Assembly (NCBI RefSeq): GCF_000315625.1
Contig: NW_005434555.1
Location: 1 to 64,000 of the forward strand
DNA length: 64,000 bases
Source: Guillardia theta CCMP2712
Lineage: Eukaryota > Protista > Cryptophyta
Direction of reading: 5' to 3'
Made by a program: the position numbers and the translations under genes. Below, piece after piece: positions 12,601 to 24,779 of the stretch. The stretch's first letter is position 1. Each line of letters opens with the position of its first letter. The notes beneath the pieces are model-generated. The model was not told where the DNA came from. It saw nothing but the letters and a program-made list of their open reading frames with translations, and did no database searches.

Positions 12601-13777
12601 TTCCTCTGCTTCTCCTCCGTAAGCTCTGCCTCGAGTCTCTGACGCAGCAAGTGAGCTCAAGCAATCGAAAATCTGCGAGCATGTGTAGAAGAGGAGCAGG
12701 ACGCAGTGGACAAAGAGGCAAAGGAGCCAGAAAGAAGTTGGGACCAGCGAAGGTTTTACCTGCACAGCGGCTGTCTGCACGGCCAGAGTTGCCTCAGCAC
12801 TCTGAAGAGACTCGCGCATCAGCTGCCACTCAACTTGCAGCCTGTCTCGTTCTGCTTGCAGAGACTTGACGCTCGAGGCCTTCGTCGATTCCCACGATTC
12901 GCTTTTCGATCTCCATGCCAACAGCTCTGAAAAACACGAAGTCTCACTACCATCCATCTCCCACTCTGCCTCCTCCTCTCCAATCGCTTCGCCTTGCTCT
13001 CAATTTGTCAGGATACTACATACCTGCCGAGAAAGCTTCTGCCTTAGCTCTCCAATTGTCCGCCTCCTGCTTAGACTCTCTCAGACTTCGCTCCTTTCCG
13101 TTCAGTTTATCCTCTAGCTCGTCCAGCCGCTCAATCGCTGCTTGTTGAGTAGCAATTTTCTCTGCGTCCAGCAGTCTCAATCTGTTGTACTCGTTGTTCT
13201 GTGCCTTAAGCTGCATCAGTTGTTCGCGCATCGATTCGATGTCCCCCGACCCGCTTAGCTGTTCTAGCTTGAGTCGATATTCCTCACACTTACTTCGCCA
13301 TTCGTTTTGAGATTCTCTCACTTGTCGAAGCTCTTCGGTCAGCTGCTTGATCTGCGCGTTGCTCTTCTCCACCAGCTCTGTCTGAACTTTCAACGCAATC
13401 TCCGACGCCTCCTCCGATTGACGGCTGACCCGGAGGTCTTCATAACACTTTCCAAGCTCATCTTCCAGTCGGTCTGATCTCTGAGCACTCTCGTTCATGA
13501 CAGCAGAGGCTTCTGACAGCATGTGTCGCAGGGTGTGCAGTTCCGCCATGACGACAGCCTGCCCTGCACCCTGCAACCCTGACCCTGCCCCTACACTGGT
13601 GCTTCCGTCTCCTCTCAGGTAGATCTGGACTTGGTCGGCGACCCTGCCGCCAGCATCGAGAGGCTTGTGGGGTCGCATATCTTGTCCTACACCATGTCTG
13701 CCCCTCATCTGCTGCTCTAACTCTTTTGCCTGCGCCTCCAGGCCCTCGAACCTCCTCCTCCTCCCACCGCCTTCCAT
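9676..13777 (-). CDS. Long coiled-coil protein with two C-terminal MPS..L..AG...A.AV...GG...VA..L repeats
   Basis: E/K/Q/L-rich heptad exons at 11000-13600. The spliced C-terminus reads CMPSEADLRAAGMSG|VADAVMHYHGGIEAVATRLSMQ and TMPSYAAMRASGFRGLADAVRSKYG|GLKGVAETLGLQLSSAFAEL*. Confidence 0.75.
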
Positions 13778-14216
13778 GCCCGATTCCCAACGGATCATAA
13801 CCCCTACCACCCCTTTGTTTTCACGACCAGGTACTCTGATATGACAAGTAAGGGTTTGTGACGGTAGCACAAGTACCCCCCTACCCCTTTCAACCGACTT
13901 TGAAAGCGAGTAACCACGTCCCCCCTCTGACCAGTAAAATCCTGATGCGGGCCTGGACTGCGACAAATATTTTTCTCTAAGAATCGCAGGTCAGAACTCT
14001 TCACAAATCCTGCAGGTTTCATTCATGCATTGCGACGCCCGAGCAGGGGCAGGGCAGCAGGCGGGGGAGGGAGAGAGGAGGAGGAGGAGGAGGAAGTTGC
14101 TATAAAGGTGGTAGCCTGTCAAATGTGCCCTATGGACACTCTGCTAACAAGCAACACGTACCTTTACGTATCTTCTGTATCCAGTTTCCTTGAATGAGTC
14201 GGATCAGGAAGCGAAG

Positions 14217-16614
14217 ATGGCTGGGTGTTCTGCTCCTGCTGGGCATGGCGGCTGGATCGTTAGAGATGTGGTCAACTTTGAACGACATGCCTCTTCAGGA
14301 AGAATTCACAATACTCGAATTTCGTGCTCCTTCTCACATCTTGACGGGAAGAAGTTGAACCTTGTGTTTTTGTTTCTGGTTACAAGTTTTCTCGATCCTT
14401 GCAGCTGCCTGCATGTCGAACGAGGCATTTTCAGCCGGAACAATCCATCGGGTGGAGCAGAAAGTCTGCTAAAGACGAGGCGAATGGTATATCCATCTCC
14501 CACACCCCAATCCAAGTCGGCGCTTCGAGGTGGCAGAGACGACGGGCTACTTGATGTGGAGGGCGGCGATGTGGAGAGCACATTGGCGAACCCGGAGATG
14601 ACGCAAGTGAGAGCATTCATGCCGAGAGAGCTGAAGGAATGGAAGCAGGGAGGGACGCAAGAGAGAAACGAGAGACTCGACCTGAGCTTTCTCTGGGACA
14701 ACAAAGCCTGGTTCTACCCCGAGCCCCCGTGGGGCAGGAAGGATGTATACCGGAGAGAATCAAACTTCCTCAAGAGATGGCATTTCTTCATGTGGTTTGC
14801 AATGATCTACGTCGCTGTGGTTGTTCCATTCCGTGCCGCTGGCCTCTCTCGCGTTCCAGCTGCTTATGCGACCTGCAGTGACAACAGTATAACGAGAACT
14901 GCAATCGATGTTGTTGTCGATGTAATCTTCCTGGCTGACATGGTATTCACTATGCACACAGCTTACTATAAGCGAAAAGGGCATGGTCGCTTCATCCTTG
15001 TCGACGACCTGGAGCTTGTGCAGCAGAATTACCTGACAAGCGTCAGCTTCCTCCTCGATGTCATGGGCGTCCTGCCCTTCAAGGAGATTTCTTGCTGGTT
15101 CCTCAGGCTTTGCTCGATCATCTTCCCTCGATCGACAGAGAAACTTATGTCGGGATCTGTGATTGGCTTGTTGAAACTGATGCGACTTGCCAAATTGTTT
15201 CGCCTACATCACTTCAGGCAAATGTGGAGGTACATATATCATCAATTCCCACGAAAGTCAAGGTGGGTGCACCTTGCAAAGATTCTTTCTCTGTTGCTCT
15301 TTACATCTCATCTCCTATCGTGCTCGTGGTATTGGATCGGAACACAATCGAACGAGGGTTGGGTGAGAAGAATATACAAGAAGTCGAAGGGGGACGACCA
15401 ATGGTTCGACAAGTATATCACATCACTCTATTTTGTTTACACAACCATTACTACTGTCGGCTTTGGAGATGTCGTGGCAAACACAACAGCAGAGAGAATT
15501 TTCTGCGTGTGGGCGACCGTCCTTGGCTCATTTCTCTTCGGAGTTCTCATCGGCAGCGTCCCCAAGATTATGAACAGGCAGACTGAAGCTTGCTCCCGGT
15601 ACACGGCGCTCGAGAGGAATGTGAAAGAGTATTTGCACGAGCATGAGGTAAGCAGATCACTGTCCGCAAAGCAGCTGAAGAGCTTTGCTAGGTTCCTTCG
15701 GAGCTTCGCGGGCGCATTTTGCAGTATTATGAATACCGGTTCCCCGAGAGGAGGCACTTTGATTTGGAAAAGAAGCTTGCAGAGCTCCCGAGGAGCATTC
15801 AGGAGGCACTTGCTGTCCACGTACATCGAGACCTCACGCGCATGTGTGCGGTGCTATCTCGATGCTCTCCCAGCACGCTAAGCGACGTCTGTTTGCGACT
15901 GCATGAGATGTACGCGGCACGCGGGGATCTCATCGTCAGCGCGGGATCCGAGCCTGATGGCGTCTACTTCATCCGCAGTGGACAGGTGATAAGTCCTTCT
16001 CCCTTTTCTTGACCTTGATACTCGCAGCTGCCTCTTCGCTTCCGAATCGAAGTTCTTGTCCTGCTGTCGCATGTTGAGTGACCTGGGCCCAGGTTCTGGT
16101 GATAAGACCCGCGGATGGAAAGGCACTAAGACATCTCGGGCCTGGAGACATCTTTGGAGAGAATTGTTGCATCGACCCCAACCTATCCTGCTCGATCCGC
16201 CTCCACAGCATCACAGCGCTTGAACCCCTGGAGATCTGCAAGCTTTACCTTGACGACCTTGAGCTCCTCGTGGCCAACCATGTCGACTTTGTGCTCACTT
16301 CACAAGTCAGCTCGTGGAGGACAGCTAGAAACGAGATCATCGAGAGGTACCGGTCGAGGATGGGGACAATCACACAGAGTGAGGTCCTTGACCGCGTGCA
16401 GTCGCTCAAGGATGATCTCCGCATCCTCAAGTACACTTGTGCCGCCCTCTCTGACTCCGCCCTCAAGACTGCGGATGGAAGCAAAGCTCTTGTGCAGGAG
16501 GGTCTCGAGAAGATGAGAAAGGAGGATGGAGAGGAGAGGTCTGCAACAAACGAATCGACCTTGGAGCCTGTAGAGCAACAGTCGGTTGGCGAGGAGAAAG
16601 ACGGAGACAGGTAA
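14217..16614 (+). CDS. Voltage-gated K+ channel with a cyclic-nucleotide-binding domain (KCNH/HCN/plant Shaker-like)
   Basis: S1-S6 segments, an S4-like LLKLMRLAKLFRL, pore TTITTVGFGDV, a C-linker, and a cNMP domain (GDLIVSAGSEPDGVYFIRSGQ...LGPGDIFGE). Introns near 15648-15691 and 15986-16092. Confidence 0.92.
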
Positions 16615-16755
16615 TTGAAGAAAAGCAACGATCGCAAGCCGCTCTGACATTGAACCTTCAGGGCACTGAATGACTCAGGCTCTAAGTCCTTCCAAGGAAT
16701 AGGCATGCATGACCTCGTCCACTTGCAATCAAGATATCACACCCACCCCACTGCC

Positions 16756-17330
16756 ATGGCGGGAGCATCGCGACAAGGTGCAGTAACGCAAGCGACACTG
16801 GTGGGTGGATCTGATTGCTTGCATCCATACCAGGACTGGTCCATCAACCTGTTCGTCCTGTCTTCAAAGTCAATGCTGGATTCTCTGCAGGGGTATTTCG
16901 AACCCAGCCCATGTCCAAGAAGTAAGCTTGCGTTGACTTAATCCACAACCCTCCTCATTTCCATTCGATTTCTGTTCACGACTGACGTTCAGCAGGAACA
17001 GGTATGGTACGTGGGCTGCAAAGAGCTCCAATCAGCCAAGGGAGGAGGAAAGCCACGTGAGTCGCTGAGCTTGCTACTTGTCCACATCTGACCTTGTTCA
17101 GGGCTCTGTCTCTGTTCACCATTACCCACAAAGAGGTTTGTCATGTGTCATTGCTGTACCTCGTCCTGCTTTCATTGCTATACCTCCTCTCCCCTCTCGT
17201 CCGGTCTTGCCTTCTGTCATTGCCGTGTCCCCTCTCACCTCTCTTTCGGCCTCGTCCATATCTCTTTGTGACTGCTCCATCAGGACTTGAGCTGGAGCCT
17301 CCCACAGAGTCTGATGACTGAGGCCCTAAC
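16756..17330 (+). CDS. Possible small multi-exon hypothetical gene
   Basis: A series of short GT..AG-bounded segments (e.g. gtaagc 16922, gtgagt 17057). No recognisable domain. Confidence 0.3.
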
Positions 17331-17364
17331 GTCGACTCAACTAGCCGCCAATTGGACTTGAGTG

Positions 17365-20133
17365 TCATTCAGCCGCGATATGATAGCTGCTCGAGTCCTG
17401 AATGTGACAAGAAGGGATCAGGAAAAGTAATGCGCAGATGGTGGGGAGAAGGAGCTTGCCTGCTCAAGCCAGTTTTGTAGGCTGTTGCCAATTCTTCCAG
17501 CTCTTCGAGGTCTGCTTGTGTCAAAGGAGCGTGTAAACATCAGCGGTTCTCACCTGCAACGTCGAGCTGAACCATATTCAGTCTCTGCAGTACCTGAGGA
17601 GAAGACCTGTGAGGCCTGTTCAAGCCTGTGAGCGAAGACAAGACCTGCAGAGTTGAGTGTTGCGCTTCTGTGCCCATGCCTCGTATCTTGCTTGATCGTG
17701 CTGGACGTGAGCTGATGAAGGTTCCTGTGCTTACCCTCTCAACTCCCCATCGGGTAGCCAGTACGATCCCCTCCTGCGAAATCTGTCGTTTAGGGTTGGG
17801 CCATTCCATGCCATTCCTTCTACTTCTCTCTGCGCTTCCCCTCGCTTCTTACCAGTTTCTCTACTATGCTGATCCTCGACTCCTTGCCAATGCAGACGGC
17901 ACTGATGGACCATGGCTAAAAAGCATCAGCAGAATTCGATTGCAGCTCAAGTTACCTTGCGAAGATGACCAACTGGTAGGCGAGAGAGTTCAAGCGCAGG
18001 AGAGCCGAAGGCAAACAAAGCGATCAGACTTTCATCAGCGTTCACCTACAACCAAGAAACATGAATCCGGAGGTTCAGAGTAGCCACAGCGGGAGGAGGG
18101 GGAGAAGAAGCTCACATGGAGAATGATATCTTGGCCGTCAGACAGTCTTTGCGTATCCTCGTCTGCTTCTGTGGAAGAAAACGTCCCCTGATAGCAGTTG
18201 AGATATCCAGCAGAAGGCAGGACGAGGGCACAGAAAGAAGAGAACAAATAAAGGAAAACAGAAGCATGACCTTGCCCAAATGCAAATCATCAGATCGCAA
18301 TGCAAAAGCCGCCTGAAAGATTGTCAGCATTATATTATCGGTCACGGAGAAAGGATAGAGTTGGGGGCGTTGAGCAGGTCGATTGTCAGTGAAGAGAGCA
18401 AAGGTAGCAGAAGGGATGTGGGGCTTTACGGAGTTCCCATCGGATGAAGTCAGGCCGACGTAGCCATCGATAACGCTGTCGAGCTGAGAAGCAATCGAGC
18501 ATTTGAGATGGGAACACATGAAACGCAACGCCATGAAGGATCCTTACCTTGCCGATATTAAATCGAAAATTGTGGATCCCATAGGAAAGACTGGGTTGGA
18601 GGAAACCTTGCATTCTTGAGCACAATCAGCATAATGGAAGAATAGCGATTGTCAACCAAAGAAGGTTGAGAGCGCGGGGGGAAGGGGCAGAGAAAGTAGA
18701 ATGGTTCACCTTGGTCCTCGAAGATCTGGAGAGGTCGGAACGGATTGAAAAGAATCAGAGTCAAAATCGAGGGATTGGAAAGTGAAGGCGAGCTTCGTGT
18801 CTTCCTCCTTCTTGCTGGCTTCTCTCTCATACTCTTTCTCTCTCCGTCTCAGAATCTCCACATCTGTTCGCAGATTCGTAATAATGCTCTCCATCTCCTT
18901 CTTCATCTCTGCAATCTCCTTCGATTTTTCCTCCTTCTCCCGCTTGAGATGGATGTGCACCTGCTCAACCTCCGCTTTCATGCGAAGCTCATAGTCCTCC
19001 TTGAGTTTCTTCATTGCCAACTTGATTTCCGAGCAGTTCGCCTCCTTCGCCTGCAGCTCTTCTCCTTGTTTCTCCAACAAAGCCTTCTGTGCTGAGATCT
19101 GCCTGTGTGCTACCTGTATATCCTCTGAGAGTTTTATGTTGGTGTCCCGCTCAAGCTTCAGCTCTGCCTCGGCTCTCTTCAGCTGGGCCAGTATGTAAGT
19201 AGGTGTGCTGCTCCGGCTCGGATGACTGGCGGGGTCAAGAGCGTGACCTTCCTTCACCTGGGGAAGAGACGTCCCGCTGCAGAACAAAGTCTCCACAAAT
19301 CGCTTCTGGTCTTGCGCCACTTGCGAGATTGTTTCCAACAGTTTAATGTTGAGTTCCGTCAACACTTGATGAAGACCCCCCACACTTGACCTTACCAGCT
19401 CCTCCTCCTCCTCTATCTGGACTCCCTTTTCCCATCGTCCATACATTGTTCTCATCTTCTTCGATCGGCGGGAGTAAGCAGGTTTTCTGATTATTCCGAT
19501 ACCATGTCGCAGACCCTCCTTGAACTCTCCCATGTATGTCTCTTTTTCACCTTGGACTGCCTCCTCAACCCCGAAACCGTTCTTTTCTCCATCCTTGAAC
19601 ATTCCTCCATACAAACGCTGCTCCTCCTCTAAGAAGCCCAACCCGCTCTGGTATCCATAATGAAACTCACCAGCATATTTTAACGACCTCGAGGAAGGCA
19701 TGAGATCAAGCACACCAAGTCCATGAAAGAAACCATCCTTCCACATGCCATGATACTTCGATCCATCCTGTGGAATCTGTCAGGATCCTCCGAATCACCT
19801 CATCCCTGAGACCATTTGTGCTGCTTTCCCGCTGGACTCAGAATCTCCCCTACTCCCACCATCCTTCCCGGTCATTGACTCAGAATCTCCCCTACTCCCA
19901 CCATCCTTCCCGGTCATTCACTCAGAATCTCCCCTAATCCCACCATCCTTCCCGGTCATTCACTCAGAATCTCCCCTACTCCCACCATCCTTCCCGGTCA
20001 TTGACTCAGAATCTCCCCTACTCCCACCATCCTTCCCGGTCATTGACTCAGAATCTCCCCTACTCCCACCATCCTTCCCGGTCATCTCTTCTCCTCTCAT
20101 CACCTCGAACTTCACGTCGATAGCTTGCTGCAT
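17365..20133 (-). CDS. MORN-repeat protein with a central coiled coil
   Basis: Exon 1 MQQAIDVKFE, then DGSKYHGMWKDGFFHGLG, YAGEFHYGYQSGLG, YGGMFKDGEKNGFG and YMGEFKEGLRHGIG, followed by an E/K-rich coil. The 3' exons are approximate. Confidence 0.8.
19835..20085 (+). repeat. 42-bp minisatellite x6 inside intron 1 of the MORN gene
   Basis: gactcagaatctcccctactcccaccatccttcccggtcatt at 19835, 19877, 19919, 19961, 20003 and 20045. Confidence 0.95.
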
Positions 20134-20513
20134 CTCGACTAGATTGTTTCAAACATCGCACCCGCCTCCAGCCCGCCTCTGGCCCCACAGCTCTGGCCCC
20201 GCCTCAGCAGGGCAGTAGGGTGTAATAGCGGGGATGGGGGTTCTTAAAAATGGGGGCCATCAAGGAAGAGGGACGGATTTGATGATGAGAGGAGAGGAGA
20301 GAGAGTGAGAGGAGGAGGAGAGAAGAGATGGTGGGAGGAGGAGGAGAGAAGAGACGGTAAGAAGGACAGGGAGAGGAAGAGGACAGTGAGATGGGATCAA
20401 ATGAGACTGAAAGAATCTTGCATACCACAAGAATTCAGATGACGCAATGTCTGGATGTCCCTGCAAATTTGACTGAACATGAACAAAAATGAATTTATTC
20501 CAGGTTTTGGAAG

Positions 20514-22468
20514 ATGAAGTTGTTTCAAAGATGGTTGATGGCTCACGCCTTGTTACTCTCTGTTCTTGTCCAGCCGCTCAAATCATTCAGCACTGGAGGG
20601 ATTGACCTGATGTATAGACACCTCAATCAACACTTTGGAAGAGCTAGGCGACATGACTTGTTTGATAAGATCAGGACTGCAACATTCAGATGTGCTACCA
20701 TGACAAATAAGAACAAAATCTGCATGATGGGCGATGACCTGAAGCTTCAAGTTAGCACAGTGATGGGACTCGAAGCCCTCGTGAAGCAGGAGCTTGAAGA
20801 GCTTGGATACTCCAATTGCCTTGCTAAGAATGGCAGAGTGGAGGTACAAGCTCCCTCCTCTGCCATCCCTCGTCTCAACATCAACCTTCGCACAGCCAAT
20901 CGAGTACTCCTTGAGGTGCTTCTTTCTGCTCGTGTTGATCTCGCTCTTAACAAGACAGCAGCTTGCGGAGTTCGAGGCTTGCTCCTTTGACGAGCTCTTC
21001 GATGGCGTGTCTGCAATAGAATGGAAGCGCTGGGTCCCCAAAGGCGCATCGTTCCCAGTGGTTGGAAAGAGCGTCGACTCTATCCTCCACAGTGTGCCTG
21101 CCTGTCAGTCTATCTGCAAGAAGGCGATTTCTTCTTCACTTACAAATGGCATGGGATCTGTGACAAAGGAAAATTGGGTGGAGGAAGATCCTAGGAACGG
21201 AGTGTGTGAGGTTGAGGTAGCAATCAGCAAGAATTTGGTGAAGATTTCGATCGATACGAGTGGAGCTGCGTTGAGCAGGAGAGGGTATCGCACAAAAGTG
21301 TTGGATAATGGAGCCCCGCTCAAAGAGACCCTTGCAGCCGGCATTCTCATGTTGAGGTGAAAGCTGAACCTTGAAACAACCATCATGTTCCCCCATCCTC
21401 CTCTTGAATGTCCTTCATCCTTCCCATCTCTTCTTACTCCTCCAACAGCCGTTGGACTCCAGACCGACCTCTATACGATCCTTTCTGTGGCAGTGGAACC
21501 ATCCTTCTTGAAGCAGGTCTGCTGAGCCTTCATGTGCTCTTGTTAAACGCCCTCCAGCACTCATGGGAAGGAAAATCGCTCCCGGGATGCGGCGCTCCTT
21601 TGCGGCAGAATCGATTTCAACATTGAGCCCTGCGAGGTTGGATGCACCTTGATATGCAGTCGCTGAGTAGGAGATGCAGTGAATGGGCGCAGGCACGGGA
21701 GGAAGCGAAAGGGAAGGAAGTGGAGGAGAAGGTGGCTCGCAAACAGCTGCGACTGTTCGGCTCCGACATCGACCAACGCGCCGTCCAATTGACTCACTCA
21801 CATCTAAGAGCAGCAGACGTCCAGCAGCACGTGCAGCTTAGCGTTGCTGATGTAGCACGCGTTGCTCCTCCTCCTGGCGAGTTTGGATGCATTGTAACGA
21901 ACCCACCGTATGGGATGCGATTGGGAGAGTCGCAGCGAGCAAACGAAGAGCTGGTGCGGTGAATAATGAAGATGGAGGGCGGAAGAGGAGTTCAAAGATG
22001 GGGAAGGAGGTCACGGAGAGGAGTCATGAGGAGTGGAGGAATGAAGGACTCCGTGAAATTTTGAGGGAAGATAGAGATGACTTTGTAAACAGGCATCTCT
22101 TTGGAGGAAACTTGACACCTGGAGTTTGTTTGCTCTGAGCGGAGATGTTCACTTCGAGGAGGTGAGATTTGACTGTTCCATCTCCATCTGAAACTTAGCA
22201 GGATATTGGGAGGAAAGCAACCAAGCGCAGGAAGCTCTACAACGGGAAGTTGCCATGCCAGGTCCTGCAGAGGAAAGCAAGAAGAGGGAGTCTCATTTCG
22301 CCTTAGCTCTACCAGTACTTCGGACCCCTTCCCCCTCGTCCCCCTCGAAATTCGCCTCCAGCAGACGCAGTCAATGTGCTCTTCATATTCGTTGCCCACA
22401 GAAAATTCGCAAGAAGCGCATGCAGTCTGAGCGCATGTGCAGCATCAGGCTGGAACGAAGATCAAGAG
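20514..22468 (+). CDS. THUMP-domain RNA m2G methyltransferase (RlmL/YpsC-like), probably plastid-targeted; continues in frame into a YkgJ domain
   Basis: Motifs GLEALVKQEL, LRTANRVL, IDTSGAALSRRGYR, PLKETLAAGIL, DPFCGSGT, GSDID, NPPYG and KRRKLYNG..C|LYQYFG. Hydrophobic leader ending ...PLKS-F. Confidence 0.9.
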
Positions 22469-22514
22469 GTATGCGGAAGGCAAGAAAGGATTACGACTGG
22501 TCACTGTCATGCAG

Positions 22515-23278
22515 ATGGTCAATGTCAGAATCGATCGCTGGGTTTGCATCAAGAACTGTGGTGCCTGCTGCTATTTGGGTGAGACGAGGGGAATTTTCAA
22601 TGACACAGGGAGGAGCGGACGGGTGGAGGGAGTCAGAGGAGAGGAGATGAAGGAAGGGTGTAGGGTGTAGAATATAGTCTGACACATGCATTCAATCAGC
22701 TCCTGACTTCGGTCCTGAGCCACCTGAAGACCCTGAAGATGCTCAAAAGGTTCTTGTCGTGCTGAGCGATGAAGCCTAACTTTCCCTAGTTCAAGGAGAT
22801 GATCGGAGAAGACGGTTGGTGCGTCAACCTCGACAAAGAAACCAAGTAATCTTATTCTTCCACTCTTCTACTTTTGACCTCAACGTCCTTCGGCCTGAAC
22901 GACTGATCTGCAGACGGTGTCGGATCTATCAAGACCGGCCTTCATTTTGTCGGACAAGTGCAGAAAATTTTGAGGTGATCGGGGATCAGCTCGAGACTCG
23001 TGCTGCCCTTGACTCTGTTATTTTTCACGCCAGCGGTTGTACAACGTGCCAAAGCGAGACTTCCAAGAAGTCGCTATCGGAGCTTGCAAGGTGATGGAGG
23101 CGGAGCAGAGGCGGATGAGGAGCGGGACGTTGAAGCGTTTGCAGCAAACCATCATCGACGTGTTTGGCGATGAATCTCTCGAGTATGACAGGTGAGCGAG
23201 ACGACCGTGTACTGGCCTCTCAAGGATGCTGCAGGTACTTGAGGGCTGTAGGGGAAGACAGTGATGAAGATTATTGAG
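22515..23278 (+). CDS. YkgJ-family (CxxCxxCC, putative Zn/Fe-chelating) domain exons
   Basis: Spliced: WVCIKNCGACCYL|APDF...|MIGEDGWCVNLDKETK|RCRIYQDRPSFCR...|IGACK|QTIIDVFGDESLEYDR|YLRAVG..*. Resembles the cyanobacterial/plant type. Confidence 0.88.
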
Positions 23279-23563
23279 CCGAGAGGAAGATGAGAGGGGT
23301 TTCAAGAATGAAATGAATTCATGCTTGAGATATGAATTGAATTCATCTTAATTCATCTTTGAAATGAATACATCTTTGTGTAATAGAATGATATTTCTCT
23401 GAGACATGAAATCTACTGTCTTTGAAGTGTGAAACCAACTTTTCTTAAAAGAGAGGAAAACCGGAGCAAGCTAAGGAGGATCAGAAATGTTAGTTGTTAT
23501 AATTCGATTTAAATCTCATATGAAGAATTGATTCGATTTGGTTCGTCCCTGCTTTGTCGGGGC

Positions 23564-24600
23564 ATGGCGGGGCGCAAGCCAATTCTTCTGGTTGTGATGT
23601 TGTTGTGGGGGACAAGATCATGTGGGTCCTTCTCGCAGTCAGACCTTCCTCAGCTTGTCGGCCCCAACACCCACAAGATGCTACAGAAGATGGTCCAACT
23701 CGCTCCTCCATGGCCGGGACCTGAGGGCCCTCGTGCACTTGAGCAAGAGGACGACTCTGAGTACGATCCCGGCAAGCCAGCGGAGAGCATCGAGGCCCTT
23801 GAGCTGAGAGAGGCATCAAAAAAGAAGCTGCTGGAGACAATCATCCTAATGACAAGGCTCCCAGAGGTGGTCACTCTGCTTCTTCCTTGCTTCATCGTTC
23901 GCCTGATGAAATTGCAGGACAATCCAGCGGTTCGATCCCTGCAAGAATCTCTCAATGAAAGCAAGCACTTACTGCAAGAACTTGTTTATGATGAAGACTT
24001 GTGGTGGGAATCGATGGTTCACAAATTTGCGCGAGACGGTAGAAAGGAGGGCAGCGCACTCAACGATATGGACGAGATCAGAATTTTGTCTTACAATGGC
24101 GCGATCTTCCCCAAGTTCTACTGGTCTCAAGATGTTTTTCAGTGTGATCTTTACGTTAAAGTTTCCAATGATACACGAGCAAGGGACGTTAGAGTGAAGC
24201 TGCAGAAGAAAAATCTGCATGTTCAAATCAAGGGCGAGACTCTGATAGATGAAGAGCTTGCTTTTCATGTGAGAATCGAATGTTCAGGTGTTTATGCTGA
24301 TGGAATCAAGCAGGTTCGAGACAGAGATGAGGATACAGAAGGTTGTTGGGAGCTCCGCACGTTCCGACACCTCAAGCTCTTACAGGTTCGCTTCCTCTGT
24401 CCAGCGCAGCTTCTAAATTAGCCAACAGATCCATTTGTTGAAGAGCACGGAAGGGATAATCTTCAACTGCTCGAGCGATCCGATCTTGTGGGATCGAGTC
24501 TTCTTGGCAGACAAGAGCATCGAGACCGCGGCGATAGACCAGAACGTGCTTGCTCTCTCCGACCTGCGCAGCAAGAAGAGACTGTGTGGCGATGCTCCAT
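23564..24600 (+). CDS. CS (p23/NudC-like) domain protein with a signal peptide
   Basis: Leader MAGRKPILLVVMLLWGTRSCGS-F. The segment FYWSQDVFQCDLYVKVSNDTRARDVRVKLQKKNLHVQIKGETLIDEEL matches the CS-domain pattern. The 3' end is uncertain. Confidence 0.7.
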
Positions 24601-24779
24601 CGGTCCCGCATGAGGATTGCTGCTCTTTGTCCTCCCTCCGCTTGCAAATTCAGCCTTCAGACTTGCTAAAGATTCACAGCATTGACCTTCTTTTTTCCTA
24701 CGTCTGCTCTGTCCGACTCTTTCGCGGCCGAACGCTTGCCTTTGCGGACTCCTCCTCTTCTTGGCTGGTGGCACTGAGT

